From Eledone cirrhosa (lineage: Eukaryota), in contig OZ024741.1 of NCBI GenBank assembly GCA_964016885.1, forward strand, positions 400,892,001 through 400,956,000: 64,000 nt of DNA, written 5' to 3'. This document shows positions 51,601 to 64,000 of this stretch, one piece after another. The position numbers were made by a program, and so were the translations under genes. The first letter of the stretch is position 1. Every line of letters begins with the position of its first letter. The notes under the pieces are model-generated. The model had not been told where the DNA came from and made no database searches. It worked only from the letters and a program-made list of their open reading frames with translations.

Positions 51601-54600
51601 ATGTAGTGTGTAAGAGAGAAGACTACATTGGTATGGTCATGTGATGTATGTGTGTAAGAGAGAAGACTACATTGGTTTGGACATGTGATGTAGTGTGTAA
51701 GATAGAAGACTACATTGATATGGACATGTGATGTAGTGTGTAAGAGAGAAGACTACATTGGTATGGACATGTGATGTGATGTAGTTTGTAAGAGAGAAGA
51801 CTACATTGGTATGGTCATGTGATGTGATGTAGTGTGTAAGAGAGAAGACTACATTGGTATGGACATGTGATGTAGTGTGTAAGAGAGAAGACTACATTGG
51901 TATGGACATGTGATGTAGTGTGTAAGAGAGAAGACTACATTGGTATGGACATGTGATGTGATGTAGTGTGTAAGAGAGAAGACTACATTGGTATGGACAT
52001 GTGATGTAGTGTGTAAGAGAGAAGACTACATTGGTATGGTCATGTGATGTAGTGTGTAAGAGAGAAGACTACATTGGTATGGACATGTGATGTAGTGTGT
52101 AAGAGAGAAGACTACATTGGTATGGTCATGTGATGTAGTGTGTAAGAGAGAAGACTACATTGGTATGGACATGTGATGTAGTGTGTAAGAGAGAAGACTA
52201 CATTGGTATGGTCATGTGATGTAGTGTGTAAGAGAGAAGACTACATTGGTATGGCCATGTGATGTAGTGTGTAAGAGAGAAGACTACATTGGTATGGCCA
52301 TGTGATGTAGTGTGTAAGAGAGAAGACTACATTGGTATGGCCATATGATGTAGTGTGTACGAGAGAAGACTACATTGGTATGGACATGTGATGTAGTGTG
52401 TAAGAGAGAAGACTACATTGGTATGGCCATGTGATGTAGTGTGTAAGAGAGAAGACTACATTGGTATGGACATGTGATCTGATGTAGTGTGTAAGAGAGA
52501 AGACTACATTGGTATGGACATGTGATGTAGTGTGTAAGAGAGAAGACTACATTGGTATGGACATGTGATGTGATGTAGTGTGTAAGAGAGAAGACTACAT
52601 TGGTATGGACATGTGATGTAGTGTGTAAGAGAGAAGACTACATTGGTATGGTCATGTGATGTAGTGTGTAAGAGAGAAGACTACATTGGTATGGTCATGT
52701 GATGTGATGTAGTGTGTAAGAGAGAAGACTACATTGGTATGGACATGTGATGTGATGTAGTGTGTAAGAGAGAAGACTACATTGGTATGGCCATTTGATG
52801 TGATGTAGTGTGTAAGAGAGTTGACTACATTGGTATGGACATGTGATGTAGTGTGTAAGAGAGAAGACTACATTGGTATGGTCATGTGATGTAGTGTGTA
52901 AGAGAGAAGACTACATTGGTATGGTCATGTGATGTAGTGTGTAAGAGAGAAGACTACATTGGTATGGTCATGTGATGTGATGTAGTGTGTAAGAGAGAAG
53001 ACTACATTGGTATGGACATGTGATGTGATGTAGTGTGTAAGAGAGAAGACTACATTGGTATGGCCATGTGATGTGATGTAGTGTGTAAGAGAGATGACTA
53101 CATTGGTATGGACATGTGATGTAGTGTGTAAGAGAGAAGACTACATTGGTATGGCCATGTGATGTAGTGTGTAAGAGAGAAGACTACATTGGTATGGCCA
53201 TGTGATGTAGTGTGTAAGAGAGAAGACTACATTGGTATGGTCATGTGATGTGATGTAGTGTGTAAGAGAGAAGACTACATTGGTATGGCCATGTGATGTA
53301 GTGTGTAAGAGAGAAGACTACATTGGTATGGCCATGTGATGTAGTGTGTAAGAGAGAAGACTACATTGGTATGGACATGTCATGTGATGTAGTGTGTAAG
53401 AGAGAAGACTACATTGGTATGGCCATGTGATGTGATGTAGTGTGTAAGAGAGATGACTACATTGGTATGGACATGTGATGTAGTGTGTAAGAGAGAAGAC
53501 TACATTGATATGGCCATGTGATGTAGTGTGTAAGAGAGAAGACTACATTGGTATGGTCATGTGATGTGATGTAGTGTGTAAGAGAGAAGACTACATTGGT
53601 ATGGACATGTGATGTGATGTAGTGTGTAAGAGAGAAGACTACATTGGTATGGACATGTGATGTAGTGTGTAAGAGAGAAGACTACATTGGTATGGACATG
53701 TGATGTAGTTTGTAAGAGAGAAGACTACATTGGTATGGTCATGTGATGTGATGTAGTGTGTAAGAGAGAAGACTACATTGGTATGGACATGTGATGTAGT
53801 GTGTAAGAGAGAAGACTACATTGGTATGGACATGTGATGTAGTGTGTAAGAGAGAAGACTACATTGGTATGGTCATGTGATGTAGTGTGTAAGAGAGAAG
53901 ACTACATTGGTATGGACATGTGATGTGATGTAGTGTGTAAGAGAGAAGACTACATTGGTATGGACATGTGATGTAGTGTGTAAGAGAGAAGACTACATTG
54001 GTATGGACATGTGATGTAGTTTGTAAGAGAGAAGACTACATTGGTATGGTCATGTGATGTGATGTAGTGTGTAAGAGAGAAGACTACATTGGTATGGTCA
54101 TGTGATGTGATGTAGTGTGTAAGAGAGAAGACTACATTGGTATGGACATGTGATGTAGTGTGTAAGAGAGAAGACTACATTGGTATGGCCATGTGATGTA
54201 GTGTGTAAGAGAGAAGACTACATTGGTATTGACATGTGATGTGATGTAGTGTGTAAGAGAGAAGACTACATTGGTATGGACATGTGATGTAGTGTGTAAG
54301 AGAGAAGACTACATTGGTATGGACATGTGATGTAGTGTGTAAGAGAGAAGACTACATTGGTATGGACATGTGATGTGATGTAGTGTGTAAGAGAGAAGAC
54401 TACATTGGTATGGACATGTGATGTAGTGTGTAAGAGAGAAGACTACATTGGTATGGTCATGTGATGTGATGTAGTGTGTAAGAGAGAAGACTACATTGGT
54501 ATGGACATGTGATGTGATGTAGTGTGTAAGAGAGAAGACTACATTGGTATGGCCATGTGATGTGATGTAGTGTGTAAGAGAGATGACTACATTGGTATGG

Positions 54601-57600
54601 ACATGTGATGTAGTGTGTAAGAGAGAAGACTACATTGGTATGGACATGTGATGTGATGTAGTGTGTAAGAGAGAAGACTACATTGGTATGGTCATGTGAT
54701 GTAGTGTGTAAGAGAGAAGACTACATTGGTATGGTCATGTGATGTGATGTAGTGTGTAAGAGAGAAGACTACATTGGTATGGACATGTGATGTGATGTAG
54801 TGTGTAAGAGAGAAGACTACATTGGTATGGCCATGTGATGTGATGTAGTGTGTAAGAGAGATGACTACATTGGTATGGCCATGTGATGTAGTGTGTAAGA
54901 GAGAAGACTAAATTGGTATGGCCATGTGATGTAGTGTGTAAGAGAGAAGACTACATTGGTATGGTCATGTGATGTGATGCAGTGTGTAAGAGAGAAGACT
55001 ACATTGGTATGGCCATGTGATGTAGTGTGTAAGAGAGAAGACTACATTGGTATGGCCATGTGATGTAGTGTGTAAGAGAGAAGACTACATTGGTATGGAC
55101 ATGTCATGTGATGTAGTGTGTAAGAGAGAAGACTACATTGGTATGGCCATGTGATGTGATGTAGTGTGTAAGAGAGATGACTACATTGGTATGGACATGT
55201 GATGTAGTGTGTAAGAGAGAAGACTACATTGGTATGGCCATGTGATGTAGTGTGTAAGAGAGAAGACTACATTGGTATGGTCATGTGATGTGATGTAGTG
55301 TGTAAGAGAGAAGACTACATTGGTATGGACATGTGATGTGATGTAGTGTGTAAGAGAGAAGACTACATTGGTATGGACATGTGATGTAGTGTGTAAGAGA
55401 GAAGACTACATTGGTATGGACATGTGATGTAGTTTGTAAGAGAGAAGACTACATTGGTATGGTCATGTGATGTGATGTAGTGTGTAAGAGAGAAGACTAC
55501 ATTGGTATGGACATGTGATGTAGTGTGTAAGAGAGAAGACTACATTGGTATGGACATGTGATGTAGTTTGTAAGAGAGAAGACTACATTGGTATGGTCAT
55601 GTGATGTGATGTAGTGTGTAAGAGAGAAGACTACATTGGTATGGTCATGTGATGTGATGTAGTGTGTAAGAGAGAAGACTACATTGGTATGGACATGTGA
55701 TGTAGTGTGTAAGAGAGAAGACTACATTGGTATGGCCATGTGATGTAGTGTGTAAGAGAGAAGACTACATTGGTATGGACATGTGATGTGATGTAGTGTG
55801 TAAGAGAGAAGACTACATTGGTATGGACATGTGATGTAGTGTGTAAGAGAGAAGACTACATTGGTATGGACATGTGATGTAGTGTGTAAGAGAGAAGACT
55901 ACATTGGTATGGACATGTGATGTGATGTAGTGTGTAAGAGAGAAGACTACATTGGTATGGACATGTGATGTAGTGTGTAAGAGAGAAGACTACATTGGTA
56001 TGGACATGTGATGTAGTGTGTAAGAGAGAAGACTACATTGGTATGGTCATGTGATGTAGTGTGTAAGAGAGAAGACTACATTGGTATGGTCATGTGATGT
56101 GATGTAGTGTGTAAGAGAGAAGACTACATTGGTATGGACATGTGATGTGATGTAGTGTGTAAGAGAGAAGACTACATTGGTATGGCCATGTGATGTAGTG
56201 TGTAAGAGAGATGACTACATTGGTATGGACATGTGATGTAGTGTGTAAGAGAGAAGACTACATTGGTATGGCCATGTGATGTAGTGTGTAAGAGAGAAGA
56301 CTACATTGGTATGGTCATGTGATGTAGTGTGTAAGAGAGAAGACTACATTGGTATGGTCATGTGATGTGATGTAGTGTGTAAGAGAGAAGACTACATTGG
56401 TATGGACATGTGATGTGATGTAGTGTGTAAGAGAGAAGACTACATTGGTATGGCCATGTGATGTAGTGTGTAAGAGAGAAGACTACATTGGTATGGACAT
56501 GTCATGTGATGTAGTGTGTAAGAGAGAAGACTACATTGGTATGGCCATGTGATGTGATGTAGTGTGTAAGAGAGATGACTACATTGGTATGGACATGTGA
56601 TGTAGTGTGTAAGAGAGAAGACTACATTGGTATGGCCATGTGATGTAGTGTGTAAGAGAGAAGACTACATTGGTATGGTCATGTGATGTGATGTAGTGTG
56701 TAAGAGAGAAGACTACATTGGTATGGACATGTGATGTGATGTAGTGTGTAAGAGAGAAGACTACATTGGTATGGACATGTGATGTAGTGTGTAAGAGAGA
56801 AGACTACATTGGTATGGACATGTGATGTAGTTTGTAAGAGAGAAGACTACATTGGTATGGTCATGTGATGTGATGTAGTGTGTAAGAGAGAAGACTACAT
56901 TGGTATGGACATGTGATGTAGAGTGTAAGAGAGAAGACTACATTGGTATGGACATGTGATGTAGTTTGTAAGAGAGAAGACTACATTGGTATGGTCATGT
57001 GATGTGATGTAGTGTGTAAGAGAGAAGACTACATTGGTATGGTCATGTGATGTGATGTAGTGTGTTAGAGAGAAGACTACATTGGTATGGACATGTGATG
57101 TAGTGTGTAAGAGAGAAGACTACATTGGTATGGACATGTGATGTAGTGTGTAAGAGAGAAGACTACATTGGTATGGACATGTGATGTAGTGTGTAAGAGA
57201 GAAGACTACATTGGTATGGACATGTGATGTAGTGTGTAAGAGAGAAGACTACATTGGTATGGACATGTGATGTGATGTAGTGTGTAAGAGAGAAGACTAC
57301 ATTGGTATGGACATGTGATGTAGTGTGTAAGAGAGAAGACTACATTGGTATGGACATGTGATGTAGTGTGTAAGAGAGAAGACTACATTGGTATGGCCAT
57401 GTGATGTAGTGTGTAAGAGAGAAGACTACATTGGTATGGTCATGTGATGTAGTTTGTAAGAGAGAAGACTACATTGGTATGGTCATGTGATGTAGTGTGT
57501 AAGAGAGAAGACTACATTGGTATGGTCATGTGATGTATGTGTGTAAGAGAGAAGACTACATTGGTATGGACATGTGATGTAGTGTGTAAGAGAGAAGACT

Positions 57601-60600
57601 ACATTGTTATGGACATGTGATGTAGTGTGTAAGAGAGAAGACTACATTGATATGGACATGTGATGTAGTGTGTAAGAGAGAAGACTACATTGGTATGGAC
57701 ATGTGATGTGATGTAGTGTGTAAGAGAGAAGACTACATTGGTATGGCCATGTGATGTAGTGTGTAAGAGAGAAGACTACATTGGTATGGACATGTGATGT
57801 AGTGTGTAAGAGAGAAGACTACATTGGTATGGCCATGTGATGTAGTGTGTAAGAGAGAAGACTACATTGGTATGGACATGTGATGTGATGTAGTGTGTAA
57901 GAGAGAAGACTACATTGGTATGGACATGTGATGTAGTGTGTAAGAGAGAAGACTACATTGGTATGGTCATGTGATGTAGTGTGTAAGAGAGAAGACTACA
58001 TTGGTATGGCCATGTGATGTAGTGTGTAAGAGAGAAGACTACATTGGTATGGTCATGTGATGTGATGTAGTGTGTAAGAGAGAAGACTACATTGGTATGG
58101 ACATGTGATGTGATGTAGTGTGTAAGAGAGAAGACTACATTGGTATGGCCATGTGATGTAGTGTGTAAGAGAGAAGACTACATTGGTATGGACATGTCAT
58201 GTGATGTAGTGTGTAAGAGAGAAGACTACATTGGTATGGCCATGTGATGTGATGTAGTGTGTAAGAGAGATGACTACATTGGTATGGACATGTGATGTAG
58301 TGTGTAAGAGAGAAGACTACATTGGTATGGCCATGTGATGTAGTGCGTAAGAGAGAAGACTACATTGGTATGGTCATGTGATGTGATGTAGTGTGTAAGA
58401 GAGAAGACTACATTGGTATGGACATGTGATGTGATGTAGTGTGTAAGAGAGAAGACTACATTGGTATGGACATGTGATGTAGTGTGTAAGAGAGAAGACT
58501 ACATTGGTATGGACATGTGATGTAGTTTGTAAGAGAGAAGACTACATTGGTATGGTCATGTGATGTGATGTAGTGTGTAAGAGAGAAGACTACATTGGTA
58601 TGGACATGTGATGTAGAGTGTAAGAGAGAAGACTACATTGGTATGGACATGTGATGTAGTTTGTAAGAGAGAAGACTACATTGGTATGGTCATATGATGT
58701 GATGTAGTGTGTAAGAGAGAAGACTACATTGGTATGGTCATGTGATGTGATATAGTGTGTAAGAGAGAAGACTACATTGGTATGGACATGTGATGTAGTG
58801 TGTAAGAGAGAAGACTACATTGGTATGGCCATGTGATGTAGTGTGTAAGAGAGAAGACTACATTGGTATGGACATGTGATGTGATGTAGTGTGTAAGAGA
58901 GAAGACTACATTGGTATGGACATGTGATGTAGTGTGTAAGAGAGAAGACTACATTGGTATGGACATGTGATGTAGTGTGTAAGAGAGAAGACTACATTGG
59001 TATGGACATGTGATGTGATGTAGTGTGTAAGAGAGAAGACTACATTGGTATGGACATGTGATGTAGTGTGTAAGAGAGAAGACTACATTGGTATGGTCAT
59101 GTGATGTAGTGTGTAAGAGAGAAGACTACATTGGTATGGTCATGTGATGTGATGTAGTGTGTAAGAGAGAAGACTACATTGGTATGGACATGTGATGTAG
59201 TGTGTAAGAGAGAAGACTACATTGGTATGGCCATGTGATGTAGTGTGTAAGAGAGAAGACTACATTGGTATGGACATGTGATGTGATGTAGTGTGTAAGA
59301 GAGAAGACTACATTGGTATGGACATGTGATGTAGTGTGTAAGAGAGAAGACTACATTGGTATGGACATGTGATGTAGTGTGTAAGAGAGAAGACTACATT
59401 GGTATGGACATGTGATGTGATGTAGTGTGTAAGAGAGAAGACTACATTGGTATGGACATGTGATGTAGTGTGTAAGAGAGAAGACTACATTGGTATGGTC
59501 ATGTGATGTAGTGTGTAAGAGAGAAGACTACATTGGTATGGTCATGTGATGTAGTGTGTAAGAGAGAAGACTACATTGGTATGGACATGTGATGTAGTTT
59601 GTAAGAGAGAAGACTACATTGGTATGGTCATGTGATGTAGTGTGTAAGAGAGAAGACTACATTGGTATGGTCATGTGATGTATGTGTGTAAGAGAGAAGA
59701 CTACATTGGTATGGACATGTGATGTAGTGTGTAAGAGAGAAGACTACATTGTTATGGACATGTGATGTAGTGTGTAAGAGAGAAGACTACATTGATATGG
59801 ACATGTGATGTAGTGTGTAAGAGAGAAGACTACATTGGTATGGACATGTGATGTGATGTAGTGTGTAAGAGAGAAGACTACATTGGTATGGCCATGTGAT
59901 GTAGTGTGTAAGAGAGAAGACTACATTGGTATGGACATGTGATGTAGTGTGTAAGAGAGAAGACTACATTGGTATGGCCATGTGATGTAGTGTGTAAGAG
60001 AGAAGACTACATTGGTATGGACATGTGATGTGATGTAGTGTGTAAGAGAGAAGACTACATTGGTATGGACATGTGATGTAGTGTGTAAGAGAGAAGACTA
60101 CATTGGTATGGTCATGTGATGTAGTGTGTAAGAGAGAAGACTACATTGGTATGGCCATGTGATGTAGTGTGTAAGAGAGAAGACTACATTGGTATGGACA
60201 TGTGATGTGATGTAGTGTGTAAGAGAGAAGACTACATTGGTATGGACATGTGATGTAGTGTGTAAGAGAGAAGACTACATTGGTATGGCCATGTGATGTA
60301 TTGTGTAAGAGAGAAGACTACATTGGTATGGACATGTGATGTGATGTAGTGTGTAAGAGGGAAGACTACATTGGTATGGCCATGTGATGTAGTGTGTAAG
60401 AGAGAAGACTACATTGGTATGGACATGTGATGTGATGTAGTGTGTAAGAGAGAAGACTACATTGGTATGGCCATGTGATGTAGTGTGTAAGAGAGAAGAC
60501 TACATTGATATGGACATGTGATGTGATGTAGTGTGTAAGAGAGAAGACTACATTGGTATGGACATGTGATGTAGTGTGTAAGAGAGAAGACTACATTGGT

Positions 60601-63600
60601 ATGGACATGTGATGTGATGTAGTGTGTAAGAGAGAAGACTACATTGGTATGGCCATGTGATGTGATGTAGTGTGTAAGAGAGATAACTACATTGGTATGG
60701 ACATGTGATGTAGTGTGTAAGAGAGAAGACTACATTGGTATGGCCATGTGATGTAGTGTGTAAGAGAGATGACTACATTGGTATGGACATGTGATGTGAT
60801 GTATTGTGTAAGAGAGAAGACTACATTGGTATGGACATGTGATGTAGTGTGTAAGAGAGAAGACTACATTGGTATGGTCATGTGATGTAGTGTGTAAGAG
60901 AGAAGACTACATTGGTATGGACATGTGATGTGATGTAGTGTGTAAGAGAGAAGACTACATTGGTATGGCCATGTGATGTGATGTAGTGTGTAAGAGAGAT
61001 AACTACATTGGTATGGACATGTGATGTAGTGTGTAAGAGAGAAGACTACATTGGTATGGCCATGTGATGTAGTGTGTAAGAGAGAAGACTACATTGGTAT
61101 GGACATGTGATGTGATGTATTGTGTAAGAGAGAAGACTACATTGGTATGGACATGTGATGTAGTGTGTAAGAGAGAAGACTACATTGGTATGGTCATGTG
61201 ATGTAGTGTGTAAGAGAGAAGACTACATTGGTATGGTCATGTGATGTAGTGTGTAAGAGAGAAGACTACATTGGTATGGACATGTGATGTGATGTAGTGT
61301 GTAAGAGAGAAGACTACATTGGTATGGCCATGTGATGTGATGTAGTGTGTAAGAGAGATAACTACATTGGTATGGACATGTGATGTAGTGTGTAAGAGAG
61401 AAGACTACATTGGTATGGCCATGTGATGTAGTGTGTAAGAGAGAAGACTACATTGGTATGGACATGTGATGTGATGTATTGTGTAAGAGAGAAGACTACA
61501 TTGGTATGGACATGTGATGTAGTGTGTAAGAGAGAAGACTACATTGCTATGGTCATGTGATGTAGTGTGTAAGAGAGAAGACTACATTGGTATGGTCATG
61601 TGATGTGATGTAGTGTGTAAGAGAGAAGACTACATTGGTATGGCCATGTGATGTAGTGTGTAAGAGAGAAGACTACATTGGTATGGTCATGTGATGTCAT
61701 GTAGTGTGTAAGAGAGAAGAATACATTGGTATGGACATGTGATGTGATGTAGTGTGTAAGAGAGAAGACTACATTGGTATGGCCATGTGATGTGATGTAG
61801 TGTGTAAGAGAGAAGACTACATTGGTATGGACATGTGATGTAGTGTGTAAGAGAGAAGACTACATTGGTATGGCCATGTGATGTAGTGTGTAAGAGAGAA
61901 GACTACATTGGTATGGACATGTGATGTAGTGTGTAAGAGAGAAGACTACATTGGTATGGCCATGTGATGTAGTGTGTAAGAGAGATGACTACATTGGTAT
62001 GGTCATGTGATGTGATGTAGTGTGTAAGAGAGAACACTACATTGGTATGGACATGTGATGTGATGTTGTGTGTAAGAGAGAAGACTACATTGGTATGGCC
62101 ATGTGATGTGATGTAGTGTGTAAGAGAGAAGACTACATTGGTATGGACATGTGATGTAGTGTGTAAGAGAGAAGACTACATTGGTATGGCCATGTGATGT
62201 AGTGTGTAAAAGAGATGACTACATTGGTATGGCCATGTGATGTAGTGTGTAAGAGAGATGACTACATTGGTATGGTCATGTGATGTGATGTAGTGTGTAA
62301 GAGAGAAGACTACATTGGTATGGACATGTGATGTGATGTTGTGTGTAAGAGAGAAGACTACATTGGTATGGACATGTGATGTAGTGTGTAAGAGAGAAGA
62401 CTACATTGGTATGGACATGTGATGTAGTGTGTAAGAGAGAAGACTACATTGGTATGGCCATGTGATGTAGTGTGTAAGAGAGAAGACTACATTGGTATGG
62501 CCATGTGATGTAGTGTGTAAGAGAGAAGACTACATTGGTATGGCCATGTGATGTAGTGTGTAAGAGAGAAGACTACATTGGTATGGCCATGTGATGTAGT
62601 GTGTAAGAGAGAAGACTACATTAGTATGGGCATGTGATGTAGTGTGTAAGAGAGAAGACTACATTGGTATGGCCATGTGATGTAGTGTGTAAGAGAGAAG
62701 ACTACATTGGTATGGCCATGTGATGTAGTGTGTAAGAGAGAAGACTACATTGGTATGGCCATGTGATGTAGTGTGTAAGAGAGAAGACTACATTGGTATG
62801 GCCATGTGATGTAGTGCGTAAGAGAGAAGACTACATTGGTATGGACATGTGATGTGATGTAGTGTGTAAGAGAGAAGACTACATTGGTATGGCCATGTGA
62901 TGTAGTGTGTAAGAGAGAAGACTACATTGGTATGGACATGTCATGTGATGTAGTGTGTAAGAGAGAAGACTACATTGGTATGGCCATGTGATGTGATGTA
63001 GTGTGTAAGAGAGATGACTACATTGGTATGGACATGTGATGTAGTGTGTAAGAGAGAAGACTACATTGGTATGGCCATGTGATGTAGTGCGTAAGAGAGA
63101 AGACTACATTGGTATGGTCATGTGATGTGATGTAGTGTGTAAGAGAGAAGACTACATTGGTATGGACATGTGATGTGATGTAGTGTGTAAGAGAGAAGAC
63201 TACATTGGTATGGACATGTGATGTAGTGTGTAAGAGAGAAGACTACATTGGTATGGACATGTGATGTAGTTTGTAAGAGAGAAGACTACATTGGTATGGT
63301 CATGTGATGTGATGTAGTGTGTAAGAGAGAAGACTACATTGGTATGGACATGTGATGTAGAGTGTAAGAGAGAAGACTACATTGGTATGGACATGTGATG
63401 TAGTTTGTAAGAGAGAAGACTACATTGGTATGGTCATATGATGTGATGTAGTGTGTAAGAGAGAAGACTACATTGGTATGGTCATGTGATGTGATATAGT
63501 GTGTAAGAGAGAAGACTACATTGGTATGGACATGTGATGTAGTGTGTAAGAGAGAAGACTACATTGGTATGGCCATGTGATGTAGTGTGTAAGAGAGAAG

Positions 63601-64000
63601 ACTACATTGGTATGGACATGTGATGTGATGTAGTGTGTAAGAGAGAAGACTACATTGGTATGGACATGTGATGTAGTGTGTAAGAGAGAAGACTACATTG
63701 GTATGGTCATGTGATGTAGTGTGTAAGAGAGAAGACTACATTGGTATGGTCATGTGATGTGATGTAGTGTGTAAGAGAGAAGACTACATTGGTATGGACA
63801 TGTGATGTAGTGTGTAAGAGAGAAGACTACATTGGTATGGCCATGTGATGTAGTGTGTAAGAGAGAAGACTACATTGGTATGGACATGTGATGTGATGTA
63901 GTGTGTAAGAGAGAAGACTACATTGGTATGGACATGTGATGTAGTGTGTAAGAGAGAAGACTACATTGGTATGGACATGTGATGTAGTGTGTAAGAGAGA
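21631..64000 (+). repeat. 43/48-bp satellite (>42 kb, roughly 900-1000 units, continues off the right edge) derived from RTE LINE coding sequence
   Basis: Unit GACTACATTGGTATGG[A/T/C]CATGTGAT(GTGAT)GTAGTGTGTAAGAGAGAA has a period of 43 (e.g. 21633 to 21676), or 48 with an extra GTGAT. It matches 17984-18028 of the RTE copy at 36/45 nt. Confidence 0.97.

Noticed and set aside
21631-64000. CRISPR array or repeat-protein gene, including ORFs at 32655, 36774, 46613 and 49738
   Set aside because: No unique spacers and no cas genes, in a eukaryotic context. The 43-bp period is not a multiple of 3 and the LINE frame has a TAA in nearly every unit.

Overview
Eukaryotic (animal) genomic DNA. The repeat content suggests a mollusc, probably an octopus-type cephalopod; this is inference. 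Two short + strand exons (11127-11194, 11951-12110) encode the N-terminal part of ferroportin (SLC40A1), so most of the window is probably intronic. About 80% of the window is two long satellites, both traceable to retroelements. A 71-bp array (1-~10130) repeats the tRNA-like head of a SINE whose body follows the last unit. A 43/48-bp array (21631 to the window end) matches the 'CSVxERRLxWYGHVM' codons of an RTE LINE ORF. A third, short 61-bp array (13611-14018) comes from the C-terminal codons of a CR1/L2-type LINE. Between the two satellites lie RTE LINE copies on both strands, SINE remnants, two TTAA-flanked MITEs, microsatellites and several type I hammerhead-ribozyme-like motifs, each tied to a fold-back inversion (Penelope-like), including a ~409-bp spacerless palindrome. 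All calls were made by eye; no searches or folding programs were run.
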